NCBI GenBank assembly: GCA_964459985.1
Contig: CAYWOS010000007.1
Location: 17,920-81,919 of the forward strand
DNA: 64,000 bases
Source: an uncultured Oscillospiraceae bacterium
GTDB lineage: Bacteria > Bacillota > Clostridia > Christensenellales > Aristaeellaceae
Reading direction: 5' to 3'
Each line of letters starts with the position of its first letter. Positions within the stretch are counted from its first letter, which is position 1. The notes under the pieces are model-generated. The model was not told the origin of the DNA and did no database searches. It saw only the letters and a program-made list of their open reading frames with translations. Below are positions 56,038-64,000 of the stretch, piece after piece. The translations under genes and the position numbers were made by a program.

Positions 56038-57171
56038 GTGAGCATCATGCGAACGATACACGGGCAGAACGTCGCCTCCGTCAAGCAGGAAAACATCCGG
56101 CTGGCGCTCGATGTGATCGAGCGTCATCAACCCCTGTCGCGCACCGAGATCGCCGCGCTGACCGATATCAGCCCCGCCAGCATCACGCGCATCGTCGGCG
56201 CGCTGATCGGCTGCGGCCTGGTCTTTGAAAGCGAAACCATCGCCACGGGGCAGCGCGGGCGCAAGGCCATCCGCCTGTCCATGCGAAGCGACGGCATGTA
56301 CGCCGCCGGCGTGTGCGTCGAGGCGGCGCGGCTGGTCGTCTGCGTCATCGACGGCCTTCGCGCGGTGCAGGCCGTCCGCTCCGTTCCCCTTGATATGCCG
56401 CGCCCGACGCCCGAGGATGTCGCCCGCGCCGCGCTCGCCGCGCTCAAGGATATGCCGTATTGCAGCCGCGTATCCGCCGTCGGGGTCAGCGTGGCGGGCA
56501 TCGTCGATCCCGAGAGCGGGAAGGTGGCGCGCTCGGATCAGATGGGCTGGGAAAACGTGGCGCTGGGCGAGGTATTCTCAAGCGCGTTCGGCGTCCGCGC
56601 ATGGGTTGAAAACGACGTCAAGGCGTGCCTGATCGGCGAAAAGCAGCGCATGGGCACGCGGGGGGACGACGATATCGCCTACATTCTGGTAGGCACGGGC
56701 GTGGGCGTCGCCGCCGTATCGAACGGCGCGCTTGTGCGCGGCGCGCTCAACGAGTCGGGCGAGATCGAGCATCTTCCCTTCCCGTACGGCGACGATACGC
56801 TGGCGGCGCATCTTGTGGAAACGCGGCTGGTCGAGCGCGCGCGCGCCGCCGATCCTTCCGTGCGCGACGTCGGCGACATCATGGCGGCCCGCGCCCTGCG
56901 CGTTCCCTGGGCGGTCATGCTCACGGACGATTTCAAGCGCCATCTTCGTTTCGTCGTCGATCTGGTCAACGGGCTGTTCAATCCCAAGACCGTCGTGCTC
57001 GGCGGATCGATCATTCCGCGCGTCGCGCCGCTCATCGCCGACTGGGTGGAAAGCGGGCGCGTCCAGACGGGAGAGGATTACGAACACGCGTGCACCATCG
57101 GCGCGGCGCAGCTTTCCATGCGGCACGCCATCCACGCGCTCATCAGGGAAGAAAGCGGGGGAACGCCATGA
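56038..57171 (+). CDS. ROK-family transcriptional regulator (zinc-motif-less)
   Basis: 377 aa, GTG start (the alternative ATG is at 56047). N-terminal wHTH LSRTEIAALTDISPASITRIVGAL. ROK sugar-kinase-fold body. The canonical CxCGxxGC zinc motif is absent (region reads GEIEHLPFPYGDDTLAAHL). Confidence 0.75.
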   Translation: MSIMRTIHGQNVASVKQENIRLALDVIERHQPLSRTEIAALTDISPASITRIVGALIGCGLVFESETIATGQRGRKAIRLSMRSDGMYAAGVCVEAARLVVCVIDGLRAVQAVRSVPLDMPRPTPEDVARAALAALKDMPYCSRVSAVGVSVAGIVDPESGKVARSDQMGWENVALGEVFSSAFGVRAWVENDVKACLIGEKQRMGTRGDDDIAYILVGTGVGVAAVSNGALVRGALNESGEIEHLPFPYGDDTLAAHLVETRLVERARAADPSVRDVGDIMAARALRVPWAVMLTDDFKRHLRFVVDLVNGLFNPKTVVLGGSIIPRVAPLIADWVESGRVQTGEDYEHACTIGAAQLSMRHAIHALIREESGGTP

Positions 57172-57917
57172 ATCGCCTATTGATCGAGGTCTGCTGCGGC
57201 TCGGCGGACGACGCGATCGCCGCGCAGGCGGGCGGCGCCGATCGGATCGAGCTCAACAGCAATCTGTTTCACGGCGGGCTGACGCCGAGCGTCGGCACGC
57301 TCGATATCGTAAAAAGCAGGCTGACCATCCCCGTTATGGCGATGGTGCGGCCCAGGCAGGGCGGGTTTTGCTATACCGACGTCGAGTTCGAGGTCATGAA
57401 GGCCGATCTGCGCGCGCTGATCGCCCACGGCGCCGACGGTATCGTCACGGGCGTGCTGCGCGCCGACGGGACGATCGACGAAGATCGCTCGGCGCGTCTG
57501 CGCGACATCGCGGGCGACAAGCCCTGCGTTTTCCACCGCGCCATCGACGTGACGCCGGACTGGAAGCGCGCGCTCGAAACGCTGATCCGTCTGGGCTTTA
57601 CGCGCGTGCTCACAAGCGGGCAGGAGAGCGACGTATTTTTCGGCATGGAAACGGTGCGCGACATGCGCCTGTTCGCCGGCGACGCCATCGAGATCCTGCC
57701 CGGCGCGGGCGTGACCGCGAAAAACGCAAGGCGCGTCGCCGAAATCACGGGCTGCGGGCAATTACACGTCGCCGCTTTCCGCGCCTGCCGGGATTCCTCC
57801 ACGGAAAACAATCGCGGGATCTATTACGGCGGCGCGCTCTATCCCTCCGAAACGCTCTACGACGTGATCGATTCGGATTATATCGCGCGCGTCCGCGAGA
57901 ACGCGGCATTTTCCTGA
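57168..57917 (+). CDS. cutC: CutC-family TIM-barrel protein (so-called copper homeostasis protein)
   Basis: ATG at 57168 overlaps the ROK stop (ATGA). MNRLLIEVCCGSADDAIAAQAGGADRIELNSNLFHGGLTPS is the family N-terminus. Confidence 0.75.
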   Translation: MNRLLIEVCCGSADDAIAAQAGGADRIELNSNLFHGGLTPSVGTLDIVKSRLTIPVMAMVRPRQGGFCYTDVEFEVMKADLRALIAHGADGIVTGVLRADGTIDEDRSARLRDIAGDKPCVFHRAIDVTPDWKRALETLIRLGFTRVLTSGQESDVFFGMETVRDMRLFAGDAIEILPGAGVTAKNARRVAEITGCGQLHVAAFRACRDSSTENNRGIYYGGALYPSETLYDVIDSDYIARVRENAAFS

Positions 57918-57929
57918 AAAACGCGTGAT

Positions 57930-57969
57930 AAAAAGGACTGCCGCGCGGAAGCGAACGGCGGTCCTTTTT
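57930..57969. terminator. bidirectional terminator between convergent cutC and the activase gene
   Basis: AAAAAGGACTGCCG (57930-57943) pairs with CGGCGGTCCTTTTT (57956-57969), with one G-U. Nested in an outer AAAAACGCGT / ACGCGTTTTT pairing. Confidence 0.5.
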
Positions 57970-57996
57970 GTTGCATGACGCGTTTTTTCGCGGCGG

Positions 57997-58902
57997 TCAG
58001 CCGATCTTGGCGCTTTCGCAGCCGTACCCGATCAGGGCGGCAAGCCAGCGCGCTTTGACGGCGTCCGTCGTCATGTCGTGCGAAAGCATGTCCTCCTCCG
58101 CGCGCCCCACGCGCGCGCCCTTTTCCCTGCCCATGTTGTGATACGCCATGATTTCGACGCCCTCGACGGCGGGCGTCCGCGCCGCCAGCGCGGCGATGCC
58201 GCGCAGATGCTCGTCGGAATCGTTGACGCCCTCGATCAGGGGGCAGCGCAGGATAATCCGCGCGCCCTGATCGTTCAGCCGTCGCAGGTTGTTGAGAATC
58301 AGATCGTTGGATACGCCGGTCAGCCGCCTATGCGCCTCGGGAGAAGTCGCCTTGTAATCGTAGAGGAACAGATCGGTCACGGACGACGCGCGCGCCATGT
58401 CCGCCCACGGCGCGAAACCGCTCGTCTCCATACACGTATGGATGCCGCGCGCGCGGCAGGCGGCCAGCAGCGCGACCGCAAACGCGGGCTGCGCCATCGG
58501 CTCGCCGCCCGATACCGTCACACCGCCGCCCGAGGCGTCGTAGTACGCCCTGTCAGCCTCAACCGTTCGCAGGATTTCGTCGACGTCCGCGCGCCTGCCG
58601 ACCACCTTCAGCGCGCCCGCCGGGCAGCGCGCGGCGCAGCGCCCGCACGCGGCGCATCGGTCGCGGTCGATCAAATGCCCGCCGCCTTCTATGCGGTGCG
58701 CGCCGACGGGACAGGCGTCCGCGCAGCGTCCGCACACTACGCACGCGCGCGCGTCATAGGACAATTCGGGCGCGGGATTCCACGATTCGGGATTGTGGCA
58801 CCACGCGCAGCGAAGCGGACAGCCCTTCAAAAAGACGGTGGTGCGCACGCCCGGCCCGTCCTGAAACGAACAGCGCTGGATATCGAAAATCACGCCGCGC
58901 AT
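57997..58902 (-). CDS. glycyl-radical enzyme activating protein (radical SAM, with two extra ferredoxin-like clusters)
   Basis: 301 aa. [12 protein letters not shown] (Cx3Cx2C), [12 protein letters not shown] and [21 protein letters not shown]. Confidence 0.85.
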   Translation of the reverse strand: MRGVIFDIQRCSFQDGPGVRTTVFLKGCPLRCAWCHNPESWNPAPELSYDARACVVCGRCADACPVGAHRIEGGGHLIDRDRCAACGRCAARCPAGALKVVGRRADVDEILRTVEADRAYYDASGGGVTVSGGEPMAQPAFAVALLAACRARGIHTCMETSGFAPWADMARASSVTDLFLYDYKATSPEAHRRLTGVSNDLILNNLRRLNDQGARIILRCPLIEGVNDSDEHLRGIAALAARTPAVEGVEIMAYHNMGREKGARVGRAEEDMLSHDMTTDAVKARWLAALIGYGCESAKIG

Positions 58903-58970
58903 GGCATCCTCCCCGCAAAGATCGCGCGCCCCGCCGTCGGCGCGGCGCGCCGCGCAAAAGCCCCGTCAAG

Positions 58971-59026
58971 CAGCCCGCGATCAGCCGTTCAAGCCCGTCA
59001 GCCCGCGATCAATCAGCCCGTGATCG
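58971..59026. repeat. three direct copies of a 12/13-mer in the GRE-activase spacer
   Basis: CAGCCCGCGATCA at 58971-58983 and 58999-59011. CAGCCCGTGATCG at 59014-59026. A related AAGCCCGTCA lies at 58991-59000. Confidence 0.6.
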
Positions 59027-59058
59027 ATTCCCCGCGAGAAACACCCCGCGTTCCGCAA

Positions 59059-61245
59059 TCAATACAGCGTCCGCGAAAGCACTTCCTGCTGCACGTCCTT
59101 TTCCAATTCGACAAACCGCGCCGAAAAGCCGCCCACGCGCACCAGCAGGCTCCGATACCTGTCCGGCTCGGCGAGCGCGTTTTCCAGATCGCGCCGACCG
59201 ACGACGGTGATCATCGCCTGCGTGCCGCCCCCGGCGAAATAGGCGTCCGTCAGCGCGCGAACCTTGTCGGGCATCTGCGCAAACAGCGCGCGGGAGAACT
59301 TCATGTTCTGCACCGCGCCGGCGTGGTGCTCGCAGGGCAATTTCAGGATGGAATTGAGCATGGCGGTCGGCCCGTTTTTGTCCATGCCGCCCGTCGGGTT
59401 GACGGCGTTCGCCATGAACGCGCGCGCGCGGCGGCCGTCGGCGGAAGCGCCGGTGAACCGGCCCAGATACGTGTTGGCGGAATTGTTGATGACCACCATC
59501 AAAAAGGACGAAAGCCCCACGCGCGACGCCTGCGCGCGGATGGTGTCCGCCATGAAAACATGCAGATCTCGCGCGATATCGTCGACCTGATCGTCGTCAT
59601 TGCCGAACTTGGGCGCGGCAAGCAGCAGCGCGCGCTCCGCCTCATACCCGACGAAATCGTTCGAGAGCGCTTTAAGCAGCCGATCCTTCGATACGGAACC
59701 GTCGCGGTACACGCATTTCCTGATGGCGGCGAGGCTGTCCGTCGCGTTAATGTTCCCGTACGATTCCAGCGTCGCGCCCAGCCCGTCGATACCGCCCGAC
59801 AGCATTCCGCGCCCGCGCTCGACGCAGCCGTCGTACAAAAGGCTCATCATCAGGAAGGGCGCCTGTTTCGCCGTTTCGGTCAGGATACATTGTTCGACCT
59901 CGGCGAGCCGCTCGATATAGTGCGTCAATTGGCGCTTGTACGCGGCGTACAGCTCGTCAAAGGTGTCAAACGCCTCGAGCCCGCCCGTTTTGATCCCCAT
60001 ATCGCGCCCGAACAGCAAATCCTTGCCGTCCGTCAGGGTGACTTCGAGCGCCTTGAGCAGATTGATGACGCCGTTGGGCGAACCGAAGGATTTGTGATCG
60101 ATGATGTACTCGCCGCAGCCGAAGGGCACGTACTGCTCGGCGGTTTCGCGCGGCAGCCCGAAGGCCTCCATGACGGCGGGGACGTTCACATCGTCGTTGT
60201 AGAGCATGGGATAGGTCGCGCCCGTGCCGATGACGGCGTACGCCTTGTCAAGCAGCGCGGGGGACTGTCCATTGTAAAAGCGCAGAGACAATTGCGGCTC
60301 GATGTCGCGCACGCGCGACGCCGCTTCCATGCACAGCATGGCGGCGCGGTCGGCGGCGGCGCCGTTTTTACGTCCCATGCCGCCGATGATGACGCGGCCG
60401 TGATACACCGTTTTCCGCGCCACCATGAGCCGAAACAGCCCGCACAGGCACTCGAGCGCGCATTCGTCGTCCGTATCGTCGGTCAGATACGGCGCGAGGA
60501 GATCGTCCAGCCGCCCGTAATCCATCACGCCGGCGAGACAGGCGTACAGCCACATCAACTGGATCGCCTGCGAAAGCGTTCGCGGCGCGTGATCGGCGAT
60601 ATACCCAAGGTCCTCCGCCATGCGCGTTTTGCCGAGCGCTTCTGCCTGCGCGGCGTATGCGAGGCAGCAGTCGCGCACGAGCGAAACGACCTCGCGCAGC
60701 GCGTCGTACAGGCCTTCCTCGGCGTCTTGATTGCTCTTCGCGCAGGCGTCGATCCTGTCCGCCAGCCCGTTCAGCCCCAGCGACATCAGTTCCTCAAAAT
60801 TGAGGTACGCGCCCGTCATGCGGTAGAGCGGGAAGGCGACGCCCACGTCGCCCGCGAACGAATCGGACGGCATCGCCTCGCGCACGGCGTCGGAAAACGC
60901 GCGCTTGACGTGCGCGGTGGTGTTTTCACGCTCCCAGAACGCCATCGCGTCCCCGATCTCGCGCGCTTCCTCCGGCGAAGCATCCTCAAGCGCTTGCTCA
61001 AACACGTCGCGGCGATAGAAAAATCCCATGCCGTGCGGCAGGCTGTACAGCGTTACGTCGGGCGAAAAGCCCACGCCCGCCCATTCCATTTTGAGCGTGC
61101 GGCCGGCGAACAAATCGCCTTCCTCGATGGCGGGCAGCATCGCGGGATAGATCGCGCGCAGCGCGCGCGCCTCGCGCAGAGGCGGCGGCAGACGCCAACT
61201 CTCCCGGCAGACCTTCGTAAACGCAAGCTCGAATTCAAGCGGCAT
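59059..61245 (-). CDS. glycyl radical enzyme (PFL-fold), short form, Cys-x-Glu eliminase-type active site; substrate unknown
   Basis: 728 aa. C-terminal glycyl-radical motif LLVRVGGFSARF (Gly706, nt 59128-59130). Thiyl loop VPFGCGEY (Cys377, nt 60115-60117, Glu379). Other GRE blocks: GTGATYPMLYNDD, GASADGRRA, NPTGGMDKNGPTAMLNS, NMKF. AAAGGAG RBS 12 nt after the cupin gene stop. Confidence 0.85.
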   Translation of the reverse strand: MPLEFELAFTKVCRESWRLPPPLREARALRAIYPAMLPAIEEGDLFAGRTLKMEWAGVGFSPDVTLYSLPHGMGFFYRRDVFEQALEDASPEEAREIGDAMAFWERENTTAHVKRAFSDAVREAMPSDSFAGDVGVAFPLYRMTGAYLNFEELMSLGLNGLADRIDACAKSNQDAEEGLYDALREVVSLVRDCCLAYAAQAEALGKTRMAEDLGYIADHAPRTLSQAIQLMWLYACLAGVMDYGRLDDLLAPYLTDDTDDECALECLCGLFRLMVARKTVYHGRVIIGGMGRKNGAAADRAAMLCMEAASRVRDIEPQLSLRFYNGQSPALLDKAYAVIGTGATYPMLYNDDVNVPAVMEAFGLPRETAEQYVPFGCGEYIIDHKSFGSPNGVINLLKALEVTLTDGKDLLFGRDMGIKTGGLEAFDTFDELYAAYKRQLTHYIERLAEVEQCILTETAKQAPFLMMSLLYDGCVERGRGMLSGGIDGLGATLESYGNINATDSLAAIRKCVYRDGSVSKDRLLKALSNDFVGYEAERALLLAAPKFGNDDDQVDDIARDLHVFMADTIRAQASRVGLSSFLMVVINNSANTYLGRFTGASADGRRARAFMANAVNPTGGMDKNGPTAMLNSILKLPCEHHAGAVQNMKFSRALFAQMPDKVRALTDAYFAGGGTQAMITVVGRRDLENALAEPDRYRSLLVRVGGFSARFVELEKDVQQEVLSRTLY

Positions 61246-61257
61246 GGCGGCGCTCCT

Positions 61258-62476
<1,219 letters not shown>

Positions 62477-62530
62477 GGGAAAGTCTCCTTTCAATTTATA
62501 CACCGAAGCGCTTGCCGCGCTTTGTGTTCG

Positions 62531-64000
62531 TCATTGCGCCGAGAGCAGCAGGCAGCCGTAGGCGGGAATTTCGGCCGCGCCGTCCGCCAGCGCGCCCTCG
62601 CCGTACAGCACGGTGTACGCGCCGTCGGGCAAGGAATAGGCAACCGGGGTTTTGCCGAGATTGACCAGCGCCAGCCGCCGCGACGCGGCGTTTTCGCGCT
62701 CAAAGGCGATCAGCGCGCCCTCGCAGGGCAGGTATACCGTGTCCATGTCGTCCGACAGCCATTGTTTGCGCGCCGCGAACAGGTCGGTAAAGAACGCCGT
62801 CAGGTCAAACCCCGCCTTGAAATGGTACAGATCGCTGTTTTCGTCGCCCATGTACAGGAAGGGCACGCCGTCGATCAGGCTCATGAGCGTCCACAGCGCC
62901 TTCGCCTTTTCCTCGCCGTACACGGCGGTGGCGCGCATTTGATCCCACGTCCACGAAACGGTGTCGTGATTGCCCAAGAAACGCAGCTTGAGCTGCCCGG
63001 GCACCGAGGACAGGCGCTCGCTCTCCAGCCAGTCGGAAAGCGTCCGCGCGAAGGTTTCCTCGTCGCATCCCCTTTCGCGCATGTCGTACATCAGCCGGTA
63101 GAGGGGCATATCGTAGAATATATCGGTCACGGCGGCGTAGAAAGGCGCGGGATGGAAGTTTTCGGGCAGCAGGAGCGGCGTTTTCCCGCTCTCCGCAAAT
63201 CCCTCGCGGATGGCGGTCACGATGCCGACGCCGCCCTTCAGTCCCGAGGAGGAAGCGCGGTTGCCCGCCTGCGGCTGCCAGTTCGACAGCCCGCCCATCG
63301 CGCAGTCGACGCGCCCGCCGTCCACCGAAAAGCGCGCGACGTGCTCGGCGATCAAAGCCTTCGTGTACGCCTGATAATCGGCGTTCGCCATGTCAAAGCT
63401 CACGCAGTCCCACTCGATCTGCTTCTCGCCGTTTCGCGCGACGCTGCACCACTCGGGATGCTCCGCCGCCAGCGCGTCCTCGGGGAAAGGCCCGTGCGGC
63501 ACGTAATCAAACAGCACGTTCATGCCCAGCCCGTGCGCGGTATCGACGTAGTATCTAACGTCCTCGTCGCCGCCGTAGCGCTTGTCGATCAGACGCTGAT
63601 CGGTCGGCTCGTACACGCCGCGCCCGGTATGCTCGAAGATGGGCAGAATCCAGACGCTTTCAACGCCCATCTGCGCGAGCGCGGGCAGCGAATCGGCGTA
63701 CGCGCGCATGGTTTTGGTATCGCGGAAGCCGCTGTCCATCGTGCCCGCCGGATGGCAGGAATACATCGGGCCGCTCTGATAGCCGGTGTCGGGCGCGTGA
63801 TAGCCAAGCTCCGCGTACAGCGCCTGCACGGGCGCGTAGGCGTCCGCGCCCGTCAATTGCAGGTACATGTCGCCGGCGCGCAGCGTTTCGCCGGGCATAA
63901 TCAACGCCTCGACCATCGCCAGATTGCTCACGTACAGCGCGCCCTCGCGATCGGAATACACGCCGCACGACCATTTTTCCTCGGTGTCGAGGAACAGGAC
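62531..64000 (-). CDS. GH13-like alpha-amylase-family enzyme, N-terminus outside the window
   Basis: The frame stays open to nt 64000 (1470 nt = 490 codons). GH13 regions: NVLFDYVPHG (I), GGRVDCAMG (II), LLPENF (III), FLGNHD (IV). Confidence 0.7.
   Translation of the reverse strand, partial: VLFLDTEEKWSCGVYSDREGALYVSNLAMVEALIMPGETLRAGDMYLQLTGADAYAPVQALYAELGYHAPDTGYQSGPMYSCHPAGTMDSGFRDTKTMRAYADSLPALAQMGVESVWILPIFEHTGRGVYEPTDQRLIDKRYGGDEDVRYYVDTAHGLGMNVLFDYVPHGPFPEDALAAEHPEWCSVARNGEKQIEWDCVSFDMANADYQAYTKALIAEHVARFSVDGGRVDCAMGGLSNWQPQAGNRASSSGLKGGVGIVTAIREGFAESGKTPLLLPENFHPAPFYAAVTDIFYDMPLYRLMYDMRERGCDEETFARTLSDWLESERLSSVPGQLKLRFLGNHDTVSWTWDQMRATAVYGEEKAKALWTLMSLIDGVPFLYMGDENSDLYHFKAGFDLTAFFTDLFAARKQWLSDDMDTVYLPCEGALIAFERENAASRRLALVNLGKTPVAYSLPDGAYTVLYGEGALADGAAEIPAYGCLLLSAQ

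Noticed and set aside
57168-57917. Taking the CutC annotation literally as a copper homeostasis function, or confusing it with choline TMA-lyase CutC.
   Set aside because: Only family membership (TIM-barrel CutC/PF03932-like N-terminus) is supported. The context is glycan catabolism, and the protein is unrelated to the GRE also named CutC.
58971-59026. Short direct repeats in the GRE-activase spacer as a CRISPR array.
   Set aside because: The repeats are only 12-13 nt, there are three copies with irregular 2-15 nt spacing, and no cas genes are present. This is not a CRISPR architecture.

Overview
GC-rich chromosomal window (GC not computed), densely coded on both strands. Expression signals look Firmicutes/Clostridia-like: GGAGG ribosome-binding sites, TTGACA/TATAAT promoters, and CUT1 sugar ABC systems without their own ATPase. 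The taxon is an inference. I recognised no rRNA, tRNA, CRISPR array, transposase, integrase or phage genes. The long Arg/Ala/Gly-rich ORFs antisense to recognisable genes are treated as high-GC artefacts.

Content from left to right:
- phnC/phnD phosphonate uptake genes.
- A stand-alone membrane-anchored TIR protein with a large extracytoplasmic propeller-like domain.
- Two paralogous carbohydrate cassettes. Each has a polytopic histidine kinase, a LuxR-type response regulator, a CUT1 binding protein, two permeases and a cytoplasmic GH120-like beta-helix glycosidase. One also carries a putative hydrolase, a PPC/DUF296 protein, an RraA-like aldolase and a GH10-like enzyme. The other carries an FAD oxidoreductase.
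- An IclR-controlled operon: glyoxylate-carboligase-like ThDP enzyme, TIM-barrel isomerase, 2-hydroxyacid dehydrogenase.
- A Fe3+/AfuABC-type ABC importer.
- A 1373-aa REC-GGDEF(degenerate)-EAL-PAS-GGDEF protein with an internal 756-nt tandem duplication.
- A frameshifted LysR gene beside another CUT1 system, a beta-lactamase-fold hydrolase and an esterase.
- A signal-peptide-less GH38/GH29/GH18 N-glycan trimming locus with an LplABC-type importer, a ROK regulator and CutC.
- An operon of a cupin sugar isomerase, an unusually short glycyl-radical enzyme and its activase.

The glycyl-radical operon and the TIR protein are the best candidates for undescribed biology.
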